Positions 17,825 to 28,109 of a DNA stretch of 50,378 bases are shown here, piece by piece (position 1 is the first letter of the stretch; the number at the start of each line of letters is the position of its first letter). The translations under genes and the position numbers were made by a program. The notes beneath the pieces were generated by a model. The model ran no database searches, was not told the origin of the DNA, and saw nothing but the letters and a program-made list of their open reading frames with translations. Origin of the DNA: a virus (Duplodnaviria; Heunggongvirae; Uroviricota; Caudoviricetes); IMG/VR virus record IMGVR_UViG_2562617057_000009, positions 1 to 50,378 of that record. One strand, 5' to 3'.

Positions 17825-18454
17825 ATGAAGCATGAAGAAATGAATCAGCGATTCAATCACCTGGAAAATGAAATCACTGAGCTTAATAAAAAATTGTCGG
17901 CGTTGGTGAGTTCTGAAGATGAAAACAAACGCCGCGATGAGCATTATGCGGCGATTTACGATTACTGCCACAAAGTCGCTCACGAGACTTTTATGAAGTT
18001 TTTGCAGGAAAAGTTTTTACCGGCCGCATTGTCAGAAAAAGAGGCGGCTTACCTGCGGCCTGAGTACGTCATTACGGTTAACAGTGCCGGAGAGGAAGAG
18101 CATAAAAGTGATTTTATTGCGTCTGCACCGGATAAAGACCAGGAACCCCGTCGGCCTTTCAGGGTTTCCTGTGAAGAGGGTGAGTTCGTCGTTTATGAGA
18201 ACGGAAAACCTGTCCGGGCATCGCATCATCACTGCCTGAAAATTATTAATCTCGCTATCAGATGCCTGAAAGACGAAAACACCAGAGTTATGAAACGCAT
18301 TGGCCGTTGCATGGGGTATTTGCAGGTGGCGGCAGAGATTGAAGCACTTGCCAGTGGTGCAGACATGGATGCTGCGGTGCGGGAGGCTCTTCTTCGTGAT
18401 TTCAATACTCCCCCTTTAAGAAAGAGCCTGATGACTGGATCCAGCCGGGGCTGA
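17825..18454 (+). CDS. hypothetical 209-aa protein inserted between holin and endolysin
   Basis: Acidic, coiled-coil-like N-terminus; no lysis-protein features. Confidence 0.55.
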   Translation: MKHEEMNQRFNHLENEITELNKKLSALVSSEDENKRRDEHYAAIYDYCHKVAHETFMKFLQEKFLPAALSEKEAAYLRPEYVITVNSAGEEEHKSDFIASAPDKDQEPRRPFRVSCEEGEFVVYENGKPVRASHHHCLKIINLAIRCLKDENTRVMKRIGRCMGYLQVAAEIEALASGADMDAAVREALLRDFNTPPLRKSLMTGSSRG

Positions 18455-18519
18455 CTTATCTTAAAAGGCGTATATAAGTTGGCTCGTTATTTGTTGCCGA
18501 TAAATCCTGATAAATATCC

Positions 18520-19053
18520 ATGAGCGCAAAAATCAAATACGGCCTGTCGGCTGCTGTTCTGGCGCTGATTGCCGCAGGCGCGTCTGCTCCCCAGATACTT
18601 GACCAGTTTCTGAACGAAAAAGAGGGTAATCACACAACGGCATACCGTGATGGTTCTGGCATATGGACCATCTGTCGTGGTGCCACAATGGTGGATGGTA
18701 AGCCTGTCATACCGGGAATGAAGCTGTCGAAGGAAAAATGTGACCAGGTTAACGCTATTGAACGTGATAAGGCGCTGGCATGGGTGGAGCGCAATATTAA
18801 AGTACCTCTGACCGAACCACAGAAAGCGGGTATAGCGTCATTTTGTCCCTATAACATTGGCCCCGGTAAGTGTTTTCCGTCGACGTTTTATAAGCGGCTG
18901 AATGCTGGTGATCGTAAAGGTGCATGCGAGGCGATTCGCTGGTGGATAAAAGATGTTGGGCGCGATTGCCGCATACGTTCAAATAACTGCTATGGACAGG
19001 TTATTCGTCGTGACCAGGAAAGCGCATTAGCCTGTTGGGGGATAGATCAATGA
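18520..19053 (+). CDS. R: SAR endolysin (T4-type lysozyme with N-terminal signal-arrest-release domain)
   Basis: Gly/Ala-rich N-terminal membrane segment followed by catalytic E-x8-D-x5-T ([16 protein letters not shown]). Confidence 0.85.
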   Translation: MSAKIKYGLSAAVLALIAAGASAPQILDQFLNEKEGNHTTAYRDGSGIWTICRGATMVDGKPVIPGMKLSKEKCDQVNAIERDKALAWVERNIKVPLTEPQKAGIASFCPYNIGPGKCFPSTFYKRLNAGDRKGACEAIRWWIKDVGRDCRIRSNNCYGQVIRRDQESALACWGIDQ

Positions 19054-19517
19054 GCAGAGTCACCGCGATTATCTCCGCTCTGGTTATCTGCATCATCGTC
19101 TGCCTGTCATGGGCTGTTAATCATTACCGTGATAACGCCATTACCTACAAAGAGCAGCGCGACAAAAACGCAAGAGAACTGAAGCTGGCGAACGCAACCA
19201 TTACTGACATGCAGCAGCGCCAGCGTTCTGCTGATGCACTCGATGCTAAATACACGAAGGAGTTAGCTGATGCGAAAGCTGAAAATGATGCTCTTCGGCG
19301 CAAGCTTGATAATGGTGGTCGGGTGCTCGTCAAAGGAAAATGCCCTGTGCCATCCTCAGCCGAAACCTCCAGCGCCTCCGGCATGGGCAATGATGCCAGC
19401 GTCGAACTCTCTCCAGTTGCTGGACGAAACGTTCTCGGTATCAGAGACGGAATCATCAGAGACCAGACAGCACTGAGAACGCTTCAGGAATACATCAGAA
19501 CGCAGTGTCTGAATTAA
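19050..19517 (+). CDS. Rz: Rz-like i-spanin
   Basis: N-terminal transmembrane segment then coiled-coil; immediately after the endolysin. Confidence 0.75.
   Translation: MSRVTAIISALVICIIVCLSWAVNHYRDNAITYKEQRDKNARELKLANATITDMQQRQRSADALDAKYTKELADAKAENDALRRKLDNGGRVLVKGKCPVPSSAETSSASGMGNDASVELSPVAGRNVLGIRDGIIRDQTALRTLQEYIRTQCLN
19270..19476 (+). CDS. Rz1: Rz1-like o-spanin lipoprotein embedded in the +1 frame of Rz
   Basis: Lipobox VVGCSS, proline-rich, wholly inside Rz in another frame. Confidence 0.6.
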   Translation: MRKLKMMLFGASLIMVVGCSSKENALCHPQPKPPAPPAWAMMPASNSLQLLDETFSVSETESSETRQH

Positions 19518-19657
19518 CGGAGCTGGAATGAATGCTGTTTACCTGTTGCGGAAATAAAGATTGCATATTGCGACAATTTGTTGCATGTTTAAGGTGCGCT
19601 TTTCCAGAGCGTATGCGTACGCACCGCATGAAGTACAACCACAGAGAGGCAACCATA

Positions 19658-19888
19658 ATGGCAACAAGCATCCGTTTAGACGATGATTTCGTCAGTGACG
19701 TAAAGGTTCACGCTGATGCCGCAAGTCGCAGCATACCAAAACAAATTGAGCACTGGGCTAAGATTGGTCGTATAGCTGAAGATAATCCAGATCTGCCATT
19801 CAGTTTTATTAGCGAAGTTCTGCTGTCACAAAGCGAAATCAGACACAACAAGGTAACGCGTTATGTCAGAAGAACAGACAGGTCGTGA
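19658..19888 (+). CDS. type II antitoxin (ParD-like)
   Basis: 76-aa ORF after AGAGAGG; overlaps the start of the downstream RelE/ParE-like gene. Confidence 0.55.
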   Translation: MATSIRLDDDFVSDVKVHADAASRSIPKQIEHWAKIGRIAEDNPDLPFSFISEVLLSQSEIRHNKVTRYVRRTDRS

Positions 19889-20192
19889 AATTGATGTTTA
19901 TCAGAGTCGGCGTTTCGAAAAGTCTCTGAGTAAACTCCCGGAAGCGCAACTGAAAGTTGTGGAAGATGAGATCGACAGAATAATTGACAATCCTCTGTTG
20001 GGAACGCAAAAGAAAGGAGACCTCAGTTTTCTTCGTGTGCATAAATTTCAGCTGAATAATCAACAGGTGCTTCTGGGTTACAGCTGGCTTGACGATAAAC
20101 TTGAGCTCTACCTCCTTAGCATCGGTCCACATGAAAATTTTTATACCGATCAGAAAAAACACCGAAAAGCTGATTTAAAACTCATCGGTTAG
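19863..20192 (+). CDS. RelE/ParE-family toxin
   Basis: 109-aa basic protein in a two-gene overlapping arrangement typical of type II TA pairs. Confidence 0.55.
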   Translation: MSEEQTGREIDVYQSRRFEKSLSKLPEAQLKVVEDEIDRIIDNPLLGTQKKGDLSFLRVHKFQLNNQQVLLGYSWLDDKLELYLLSIGPHENFYTDQKKHRKADLKLIG

Positions 20193-20211
20193 TCCTGACG
20201 TCATGCATACC

Positions 20212-20237
20212 AGCCCACGTAAACGCGTGGGCTTTTT
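20212..20237 (+). terminator. intrinsic terminator after the TA pair
   Basis: 8-bp stem agcccacg/cgtgggct followed by TTTTT. Confidence 0.65.
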
Positions 20238-20448
20238 CATATCTGAATTTCACCGCGCACCGCAGCGCATGATAACCACCGAACCTGCCCCTTTGGAATG
20301 AGCCTTTGAGGATACCAGTTAGTGCTGGCGAGCCTCGGTGGGCTGGTTTCCTGTGCGGCAAAGGTTCATTTCAAAGAACAGGTATACGACATGAAATCAT
20401 TAACCTGAGGTGTACTGGCAATAGCGGACACTACCATTTGTTCTTTTT

Positions 20449-21267
20449 TTAAGCAGCCATCTGATGATATTTTTCCCTGAAGGCTGCCGGGGAGATATTC
20501 CCCAGACGAGAGTGACGACGCTGACGATTGTAGAAAATCTCAATGTATTCCCGTATTACTGAGATGGCTTCATCCCGGTTATTAAAACGATAGTGGCTCA
20601 GGCTCTCATTTTTCAGCGTTCCCCAGAAGCTTTCCATCGGAGCGTTGTCGTAACAGTTACCTTTACGCGACATTGATGTTTTCAGACCAAACTGCTCCTG
20701 TATGACCCGGTAATCGTATGCGCAGTACTGTGAACCTCGATCAGAGTGGTGGATTAGCCCGGCAGGTGGGCGCTGGCTCCTGAGCGCCATAAACAGGGCT
20801 TTACCTGTCAGCTCTTTTGTCATGCGCTCTCCCATGGCGTAGCCGACAATTTCGCACGTATAAACATCTTTGATGCCAGCGAGGTACAACCATCCCTCCT
20901 GTGTGGCAACATACGTCAGGTCCGCCACCCAGACCTGATTTGGTGCTGTAGGAGCGAACGTCTGGTTCAGCAGATTTGGCGCAACTGGCAGATTGTGGTT
21001 CGAGTTCGTAGTCGCTCTGAACTTGCGTTTCTGCTTACAGCGTAGCCTTAGCTCCTTACGAAGACGTGCCAGTCGGTCACGACCAACGATGATGCCATTC
21101 TCTGCCAGCTCCGTCTGGAGCCGCCGGGTTCCATATGTTTCGCGAGTGCGGATATGTGCCACCTTAATCTCCAGTTTTAGCCGCTCATCACTTTGTTTTC
21201 TGTCTGAGGGTTCATGCTGTACCCAGTTGTAATAACCGCTCCTGGATACACCAAATACCTGACACAT
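20449..21267 (-). CDS. IS3-family transposase OrfB (DDE catalytic domain)
   Basis: DDE-type integrase-core motifs; located after orfA with overlap expected for frameshifted OrfAB. Confidence 0.75.
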   Translation of the reverse strand: MCQVFGVSRSGYYNWVQHEPSDRKQSDERLKLEIKVAHIRTRETYGTRRLQTELAENGIIVGRDRLARLRKELRLRCKQKRKFRATTNSNHNLPVAPNLLNQTFAPTAPNQVWVADLTYVATQEGWLYLAGIKDVYTCEIVGYAMGERMTKELTGKALFMALRSQRPPAGLIHHSDRGSQYCAYDYRVIQEQFGLKTSMSRKGNCYDNAPMESFWGTLKNESLSHYRFNNRDEAISVIREYIEIFYNRQRRHSRLGNISPAAFREKYHQMAA

Positions 21268-21302
21268 CGCTTCAATGGGAAATTGTTGTCGCCATTGTTC
21301 GA

Positions 21303-21605
21303 TTAACGCGTATTTTTCAGCGACTCCTGTGCAAAATACGCTGTTGCTTTTTTTAATATATCTCGCTCAAGGCGAGCTTCATTTAACGCCTTACGCAGTT
21401 GCAGAATTTCAGATTCCAGTTCAGCCACCGTGCGGGAACCAGGAGTACCGAGCCCTTTTCTGGCGGCGGTAACCCATTGTCCTAAAGTGCCTTCAGGAAG
21501 GGATAATCGGGAAGCGCCTTCACTGATCGAAAGTTGATTTTCAAGAACCGTTCTGACAGCTTCGGCTTTGAACTCTTTAGAGTAACGTTGGGTTTTTCTG
21601 CTCAT
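21303..21605 (-). CDS. IS3-family transposase OrfA
   Basis: 100-aa HTH protein typical of IS3-family OrfA. Confidence 0.75.
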   Translation of the reverse strand: MSRKTQRYSKEFKAEAVRTVLENQLSISEGASRLSLPEGTLGQWVTAARKGLGTPGSRTVAELESEILQLRKALNEARLERDILKKATAYFAQESLKNTR

Positions 21606-22151
21606 TATTAGCTCCTTCTGATGCCATTCTATTTCAGGAAGGAGTGTCCGTTAAACTCAGGCTACCTCAACCCTCTTCAATCAGCCAATCCGTATCGGTG
21701 AAGATGGCATGATCTGCCTCACTGATATGTGGAAAGCCAGTGGTAAAAGTGAATCTGAATCTCCGTACCACTACCTGCGAAACAAGCAGACCAAAGAGTT
21801 CTTAGCCGAGCTGGAGAAAAACCACGAATCTGTGGTTTTTACTGAGCGCGGTGTACACGGTGGAACATATGGCGGGAAGTTTGTTGCTTATGATTATGCA
21901 GCATGGCTAAACCCCGGATTTAAATATGCAGCCTATAAAGTCCTGGATGACTACTTCACCGGAGAACTTCAGCATCGCAACAGCTTAAGTGCGCAGCTCA
22001 ATATGAAGTGTCATGAGTTTGATCAGAAAAAAGATATGGCGAGCTTCTGTGGACAAGGGCTGGCGGCATGGCGCTATACGAAGCCAGTGTTGGTCGCTGA
22101 GATTAACTCCCTGGCTAACCAGCTGCAGATAACGATCCCCGGGCTTCCGGG

Positions 22152-22409
22152 ATGAGTGATCGTGTCATTGAATGCGCCTCCAGAGCGGGGCGCGACTTCT
22201 CAGAGTTCATGAAAGGCGAGAAGGGCATGATGGAAGCATTGGCCTCGGTGGATGAGTTTGGCGAGCAGCTGCGCCTCAACGGCTGTGTCAATCATCACTT
22301 TGTTAGCTACATGATGCGGAACTCGATCATGCAGGCATTCATGGACATGGCAAAAGCCGAGAGGAAAGAAGAGCGCCGGCGTAAGCGAGCGGAAGCAAAA
22401 GCGAAGTAG
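22152..22409 (+). CDS. hypothetical protein
   Basis: 85-aa ORF overlapping the KilA-N stop. Confidence 0.45.
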   Translation: MSDRVIECASRAGRDFSEFMKGEKGMMEALASVDEFGEQLRLNGCVNHHFVSYMMRNSIMQAFMDMAKAERKEERRRKRAEAKAK

Positions 22410-22832
22410 CCATTACAAAGCCCATCTACTGGTGGGCTTGATAATGGCTTATACCCTACACGGGATAACTTAACTGATATCCCTTTTAACGGATAAAGGT
22501 ATTCAAGCCTGACACATCATGCGCTGTATCGTCGCTGTATTCCCGCATTAACCATGACCGTAGCCCGACGGGGAACTCCTTCTGCGCGAGTGTGCGGGAA
22601 TAATCAAAAACGATGCACACCGGGTTTTTACCGCGTTTATGGTTCGCGGGTTTGTCCCTCATGCTCGCCAGTCCTGTGCGGGGGTGGAAGAAACAGGACA
22701 CTTACACTGATTCTTGTGGGTACGATGCTATTCCTTTCTGGATTATCCCGATGTCATTCATGCAGGGCGCTGTATCAGACGTTCGTCATGGCTGTCAGGC
22801 TGACGGGTCCTCCCGGTGGGGTGGCCTGCCAC

Positions 22833-22980
22833 GGGGCGGGAGCGGCGCAGAATTTCACTATTTATGAAAATTTTTCGGAAACCATGTCCGGTTTCTCTGA
22901 AGGTTAACCATTTGAAAAATATAGAAATGTGCCTTCTGCGAACCGGACATGCGCAAAAATTGAACACTCAAACCGGACAT
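22833..22980. other. cos region (cosN-like core ggggcgggagcggcgc and ACCGGACAT repeats) of the lambdoid prophage
   Basis: Sequence pattern ...TTACGGGGCGG...CTATTTATGAAAATTTT... resembles the recalled lambda cos; ~220 bp upstream of Nu1. Confidence 0.6.
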
Positions 22981-23058
22981 ATATGCCGCGTTTCATAAAG
23001 TTGTTCGCAAGATGCATGTTTAAAACGCATGAGGGGAGATTTTTTGGCGAGGTGAACA

Positions 23059-23568
23059 GTGGCTACTCAGACTGAAGTTGCCAGGCATTTGAGTCTGACC
23101 GATCGCCAGCTTCGCAGATTACAGAAACTGCCGGGTGCCCCGGTTTCGAACAAGCGAGGACAACTGGATCTGGATGCCTGGCGTGATTTTTACATATCGT
23201 ATCTGAGAAGAAGTAAAAACGATGTGCCTGATGGTGATCCGGAAGAGGATTATGAAGAGAAACTACTCATTGCGAGATGGGAACTGACCGCAGAACAGGC
23301 TGTCGCACAGCAGTTAAAAAATCAGGTGTCAAAAGGAAATCTTATTGATAGCGGATTTTGTATTTTTGCCCTTAGTAAGCTGGCGATGGCTTTATCCAGT
23401 ACGCTTGACTCCATTCCTTTGTCCATGCAACGACAGTTCCCGGATTTAACGCCGCGTCATATTGATCATCTGAAAATCCTTATTGCTAAGGGAGCGAATC
23501 AGTGCGCGCGTGCGGGGGATAAATTACCGGATTTACTCGATGAATATATCAGAACAACAACTGAGTAA
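23059..23568 (+). CDS. nu1: terminase small subunit (lambda Nu1-like)
   Basis: C-terminal region aligns with recalled lambda Nu1 (FCIFALSKLA...LPLSMQRQFPDL...HIDHLK); GTG start. Confidence 0.8.
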   Translation: MATQTEVARHLSLTDRQLRRLQKLPGAPVSNKRGQLDLDAWRDFYISYLRRSKNDVPDGDPEEDYEEKLLIARWELTAEQAVAQQLKNQVSKGNLIDSGFCIFALSKLAMALSSTLDSIPLSMQRQFPDLTPRHIDHLKILIAKGANQCARAGDKLPDLLDEYIRTTTE

Positions 23569-24900
23569 TATGATGGTGGCAGTCACTATCGCACTGCAGC
23601 CACTGGTCAGGGTATTGCCGGTGACGGCTGTAGAATGGGCCGATCAAAATTATTACCTGCCTAAAGAATCGTCATACGGTGAGGGGGAATGGAAAACGCT
23701 GCCGTTTCAGGTCGCCATCATGAACTGCATGGGCAATGACGAGATTCGTACAGTTAACCTGATTAAATCTGCCCGTGTTGGTTATACAAAGATGTTGCTG
23801 GGGGTGGTCGGGTATTTTATTGAGCATAAATCCCGCAACAGCCTGCTTTTTCAGCCCACTGACTCGGCTGCTGAAGATTTTATGAAGTCTCACGTGGAGT
23901 CGACGATCCGGGACGTACCCTGTCTGAAAGCCCTTTCTCCATGGCTGGGACGTAAACATCGTGACAATACCCTCACACTGAAACGCTTTTCCTCCGGCGT
24001 GGGATTCTGGTGTCTGGGCGGTGCAGCTGCCAAAAACTACCGTGAAAAATCTGTGGATGTGGTCTGCTATGACGAACTCTCCTCGTTTGAACCGGATGTG
24101 GAAAAAGAAGGTTCGCCGACGCTGCTTGGCGATAAACGTATCGAAGGTTCGGTATGGCCTAAATCCATACGCGGCTCAACGCCAAAAATTAAAGGCTCCT
24201 GTCAGATTGAAAAAGCTGCGAATGAATCTGCGCATTTCATGCGGTTTTATGTCCCTTGCCCTCATTGCGGGGAGGAGCAGTATCTGAAGTTTGGCGATGA
24301 TGCGACGTCGTTTGGCCTGAAATGGGAGAAGGGTAAACCGGAAACGGTGTATTACCTGTGTGAACATAATGGCTGCGTGATCCGTCAGTCTGAACTTGAT
24401 CAGACCGGGGGGCGCTGGATTTGTGACAATACCGGGATGTGGACGCGTGACGGCCTGACATTTTACAGCGTCGGTGATGAGGAGATACCCCCGCCACGTT
24501 CTGTCACTTTCCACATCTGGACGGCGTACAGCCCGTTCACTACCTGGGCGCAGATTGTTTATGACTGGCTGGATGCACTGAAGGATCCTAACGGCGTCAA
24601 GACGTTTGTAAACACCACACTGGGGGAGACCTGGGAAGAGGCCGTGGGCGAAAAACTCGATCACCAGGTGCTGATGGATAAGGTTGTGCATTACCCGGCG
24701 GCGGTGCCTGTCCGGGTGGTTTACCTGACTGCTGGTATTGACTCGCAGCGAAACCGTTTTGAGATGTATGTCTGGGGATGGGCTCCGGGAGAGGAAGCCT
24801 TTCTGGTGGATAAAATCATCATTATGGGACGACCTGATGAGGAAGAGACGCTGTTACGTGTGGATGCGGCGATCAACAAAAAATACCGCCATGCAGACGG
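23540..24900 (+). pseudogene. A: terminase large subunit (lambda gpA-like), 3'-truncated by IS1
   Basis: Collinear with recalled lambda A for ~450 aa (TAVEWADQNYYLPKES...); reading frame runs into the IS1 left end at 24901. Confidence 0.8.
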
Positions 24901-24955
24901 GGTGATGCTGCCAACTTACTGATTTAGTGTATGATGGTGTTTTTGAGGTGCTCCA

Positions 24956-25231
24956 GTGGCTTCTGTTTCTATCAGCTGTCCCTCCTGTTCAGCTACTGAC
25001 GGGGTGGTGCGTAACGGCAAAAGCACCGCCGGACATCAGCGCTATCTCTGCTCTCACTGCCGTAAAACATGGCAACTGCAGTTCACTTACACCGCTTCTC
25101 AACCCGGTACGCACCAGAAAATCATTGATATGGCCATGAATGGCGTTGGATGCCGGGCAACTGCCCGCATTATGGGCGTTGGCCTCAACACGATTTTACG
25201 TCACTTAAAAAACTCAGGCCGCAGTCGGTAA
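24956..25231 (+). CDS. insA: IS1 InsA
   Basis: 91-aa protein matching recalled InsA. Confidence 0.9.
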
Positions 25232-25653
25232 CCTCGCGCATACAGCCGGGCAGTGACGTCATCGTCTGCGCGGAAATGGACGAACAGTGGGGCTATGTCG
25301 GGGCTAAATCGCGCCAGCGCTGGCTGTTTTACGCGTATGACAGTCTCCGGAAGACGGTTGTTGCGCACGTATTCGGTGAACGCACTATGGCGACGCTGGG
25401 GCGTCTTATGAGCCTGCTGTCACCCTTTGACGTGGTGATATGGATGACGGATGGCTGGCCGCTGTATGAATCCCGCCTGAAGGGAAAGCTGCACGTAATC
25501 AGCAAGCGATATACGCAGCGAATTGAGCGGCATAACCTGAATCTGAGGCAGCACCTGGCACGGCTGGGACGGAAGTCGCTGTCGTTCTCAAAATCGGTGG
25601 AGCTGCATGACAAAGTCATCGGGCATTATCTGAACATAAAACACTATCAATAA
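25150..25653 (+). CDS. insB: IS1 InsB reading frame
   Basis: 167-aa ORF matching recalled InsB. Confidence 0.85.
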
Positions 25654-25668
25654 GTTGGAGTCATTACC

Positions 25669-25951
25669 CGGTATAGCGTATGACGATCCGGGGAGCGGAA
25701 ATAACCTAGGAGGCACGCGATACACGGGTTATGGTTTTGAAGTTCGCAAAAACGGCGTATTAATCGCATCCAGAGAAACTAAAGGGGCCATTCCCGGTAG
25801 TTACAGTGCAGTTATTGATATGCCTAGTGGTGGTGGTAGCGTCACTCTGGAGTTTAAGATTTTCCAGAAAGGCAATCAGGGGGCAGGCAATATCACCGAC
25901 TGTACGGTGATTGTGACCAAAAAAGCGGCTTCCGGCATCAGTATTCGTTGA
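25669..25951 (+). pseudogene. 3' fragment of a tail protein gene (probably host-specificity protein J, by position upstream of lom)
   Basis: Open frame begins at the IS1 right end without a start codon. Confidence 0.4.
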
Positions 25952-26020
25952 AATTGTTATAACCCATATAAGGGCACCAGAAATGGTGCCTTTTTTATTG
26001 CAGAAAAGCGAGAGGTAATT

Positions 26021-26620
26021 ATGCGTAAACTTTATGCCGCCATTTTGTCCGCAGCCATTTGTCTGGCCGTATCCGGTGCGCCTGCATGGGCATCTGAACA
26101 TCAGTCCACGCTGAGCGCGGGGTATCTTCATGCCTCGACGAACGTTCCCGGCAGCGATGATCTTAACGGGATTAACGTGAAATACCGTTATGAGTTTACG
26201 GACACACTGGGGCTGGTGACGTCATTCAGCTATGCAGGAGACAAGAATCGCCAGCTTACCCGTTACAGCGATACCCGCTGGCATGAAGATTCCGTGCGTA
26301 ACCGCTGGTTCAGCGTGATGGTGGGGCCGTCTGTGCGCGTGAATGAATGGTTCAGCGCGTATGCGATGGCGGGTATGGCTTACAGCCGTGTGTCGACTTT
26401 CTCCGGGGATTATCTCCGCGTAACTGACAACAAGGGGAAAACGCACGATGTGCTGACCGGGAGTGATGACAACCGCCACAGCAACACGTCTCTGGCGTGG
26501 GGGGCTGGCGTGCAGTTTAACCCGACCGAATCCGTGGCCATTGACCTTGCTTATGAAGGTTCCGGCAGTGGCGACTGGCGCACTGACGGTTTCATCGTGG
26601 GTGTCGGTTATAAGTTCTGA
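26021..26620 (+). CDS. lom: Lom/Ail/PagC-family outer-membrane protein
   Basis: Signal peptide, beta-barrel-like alternating pattern, C-terminal ...GVGYKF. Confidence 0.8.
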
Positions 26621-26683
26621 TTAGCCAGGTAACACAGTGTTATGACAGCCCGCTGGTTCAGGCGGGCTTTTTGTGGGGTGAAT

Positions 26684-28099
26684 ATGGCAGTAAAGATTTC
26701 AGGTGTACTGAAAGATGGGGCGGGTAAACCTGTCGTAAATTGTGCGATTGAACTGCGGGCCAGAAGAACCAGTCCGACCGTTGTGGCACACGTTGTTGCC
26801 ACTTGCGTGACGGACAATAACGGTGCTTATGTGATTGAGGCTGAGCCGGGGTATTACGAGGTTGCGCTTCACTGTAACGGCTGGCAGCCAACCCGTGTCG
26901 GGGATATTGATGTGGCACCGACTGATGCACCGGGGACACTGAACGCGTTTCTGAATGCACCAAAGGATGGTGATTTACGTCCGGAGGTGATGAAGCGCTT
27001 TGAGGAAATGGTGGCGCAGGCGCAGCAGAGTGCCGGGGCTGCAGCCGGAAACGCACAGCAGACGGCGCAGGATGTGGCGCCAGCCGCAACGGCCCGTGAT
27101 GATGCACAACGTTTTGCGGAGAATGCCAGACAGGATGCAGTTGCCACTGCAGAGGACAGAAAGGCCACTGCGGAAGACGTGAAAAGCACGGGGAAAAACG
27201 CCGTCTTATCCGGTCAGCGTGCACAGGCAGCCGCAGGTTATGCCCGCGCAGCAGAACAGGCCAAAAATGACATTGATGCTGCGCTGACCGGCACTCTGAA
27301 AACGGCTAACCATCTGTCTGAAATCGCAGCAGCAGGCGAAAAGGCACAACAGAAGTCCCGGGATAATCTGGGGCTGAAAAGTGCGGCCACGATGGAAGCA
27401 CAGAGCGACATTTACGACCGGACAAAAGGCCGTCTGGCGATACCCGGCGCATTCGGCTTTGGGTGTGCTTTTCTGCCTGAAGATGTTATCCGTTTTGACA
27501 CTAAGAGTGATTTCCTGGCCTGGGTAAGGAATGCGCTGCCAGGTGAATATTCCGTTGCTGGCCCCTACGACATCATCATACCCGACACACGGTTTGAAGG
27601 GGTGCTCAGCATCCGGTGGACTGATGCACGCCCTGAGACAACAGAACCGCGGTACAGAGCCAAATCCCTTACTTTTTACGGCATTAACGGCCCCATTTAT
27701 CACACCCGCTACTGCTACTGGCCCATATCCAGACTGACTGGCTGGGTGAAAATAAATATAACCACAGAAGATATTATTTACAGAATCGTGGCGAGCTCTG
27801 TCTGCAACAGATGGGGAGACCCTGACATTGGCGGGCTGATTATTGCTGCGTACCAGGGAGAAGCTGACGGTGATAAAGTCATCAGACTTGTCAGGGGGCA
27901 GTCATACAGAGGCTCACGACTGGGACCGGTGGGGATTTCAGTGCCCAGTACTCCCACCGGAACGTATATAGCATCCCCACAATTTTTCATTACGGGATGT
28001 TCAGAGCATTCATTACCGGGGTCATATTGCGCCCTGTCCGGGGTGCCGGATGCACATGTCTCTGGCGCAATGCCCGGGCTTTTTATTCGCACATCGTGA
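26684..28099 (+). CDS. stf: side tail fiber protein (Stf-like)
   Basis: N-terminus MAVKISGVLKDGAGKPV matches recalled lambda Stf; Ala/Gln-rich shaft. Confidence 0.75.
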   Translation: MAVKISGVLKDGAGKPVVNCAIELRARRTSPTVVAHVVATCVTDNNGAYVIEAEPGYYEVALHCNGWQPTRVGDIDVAPTDAPGTLNAFLNAPKDGDLRPEVMKRFEEMVAQAQQSAGAAAGNAQQTAQDVAPAATARDDAQRFAENARQDAVATAEDRKATAEDVKSTGKNAVLSGQRAQAAAGYARAAEQAKNDIDAALTGTLKTANHLSEIAAAGEKAQQKSRDNLGLKSAATMEAQSDIYDRTKGRLAIPGAFGFGCAFLPEDVIRFDTKSDFLAWVRNALPGEYSVAGPYDIIIPDTRFEGVLSIRWTDARPETTEPRYRAKSLTFYGINGPIYHTRYCYWPISRLTGWVKINITTEDIIYRIVASSVCNRWGDPDIGGLIIAAYQGEADGDKVIRLVRGQSYRGSRLGPVGISVPSTPTGTYIASPQFFITGCSEHSLPGSYCALSGVPDAHVSGAMPGLFIRTS

Positions 28100-28109
28100 G
28101 GAATGCACC

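Larger units (their letters stand above)
20406..21669 (-). mobile_element. IS3-family insertion sequence, IS600-like (1264 bp), with 3-bp target duplication ACC
   Basis: Imperfect terminal inverted repeats starting TGAGGT at both ends; orfA and orfB transposase genes; ACC at 20403-20405 and 21670-21672. Confidence 0.75.
20391..22155 (+). pseudogene. KilA-N domain protein gene interrupted after codon 5 by the IS600-like element
   Basis: ATG AAA TCA TTA ACC at 20391-20405 continues in frame at 21673 (LFNQPIRIGEDG...); KilA-N-like motif GGTYGGKFVAYDYAAWLNP. Confidence 0.6.
24901..25668 (+). mobile_element. IS1 (768 bp)
   Basis: Terminal inverted repeats GGTGATGCTGCCAACTTACTGAT / ATCAATAAGTTGGAGTCATTACC; insA and insB present; flanking 9-mers differ. 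Confidence 0.9.

Noticed and set aside
22410-22830. Several 60-117-aa ORFs on both strands between the 85-aa gene and cos
   Set aside because: Mutually overlapping, Arg/Cys/Pro-rich and without ribosome-binding sites; the region is more likely non-coding sequence upstream of cos.
26658-27703. Long minus-strand ORFs (188 aa, 165 aa) opposite the side tail fiber gene
   Set aside because: Shadow ORFs inside the GC- and Ala-rich stf coding region; Pro/Ser/Arg-rich composition and no ribosome-binding site.
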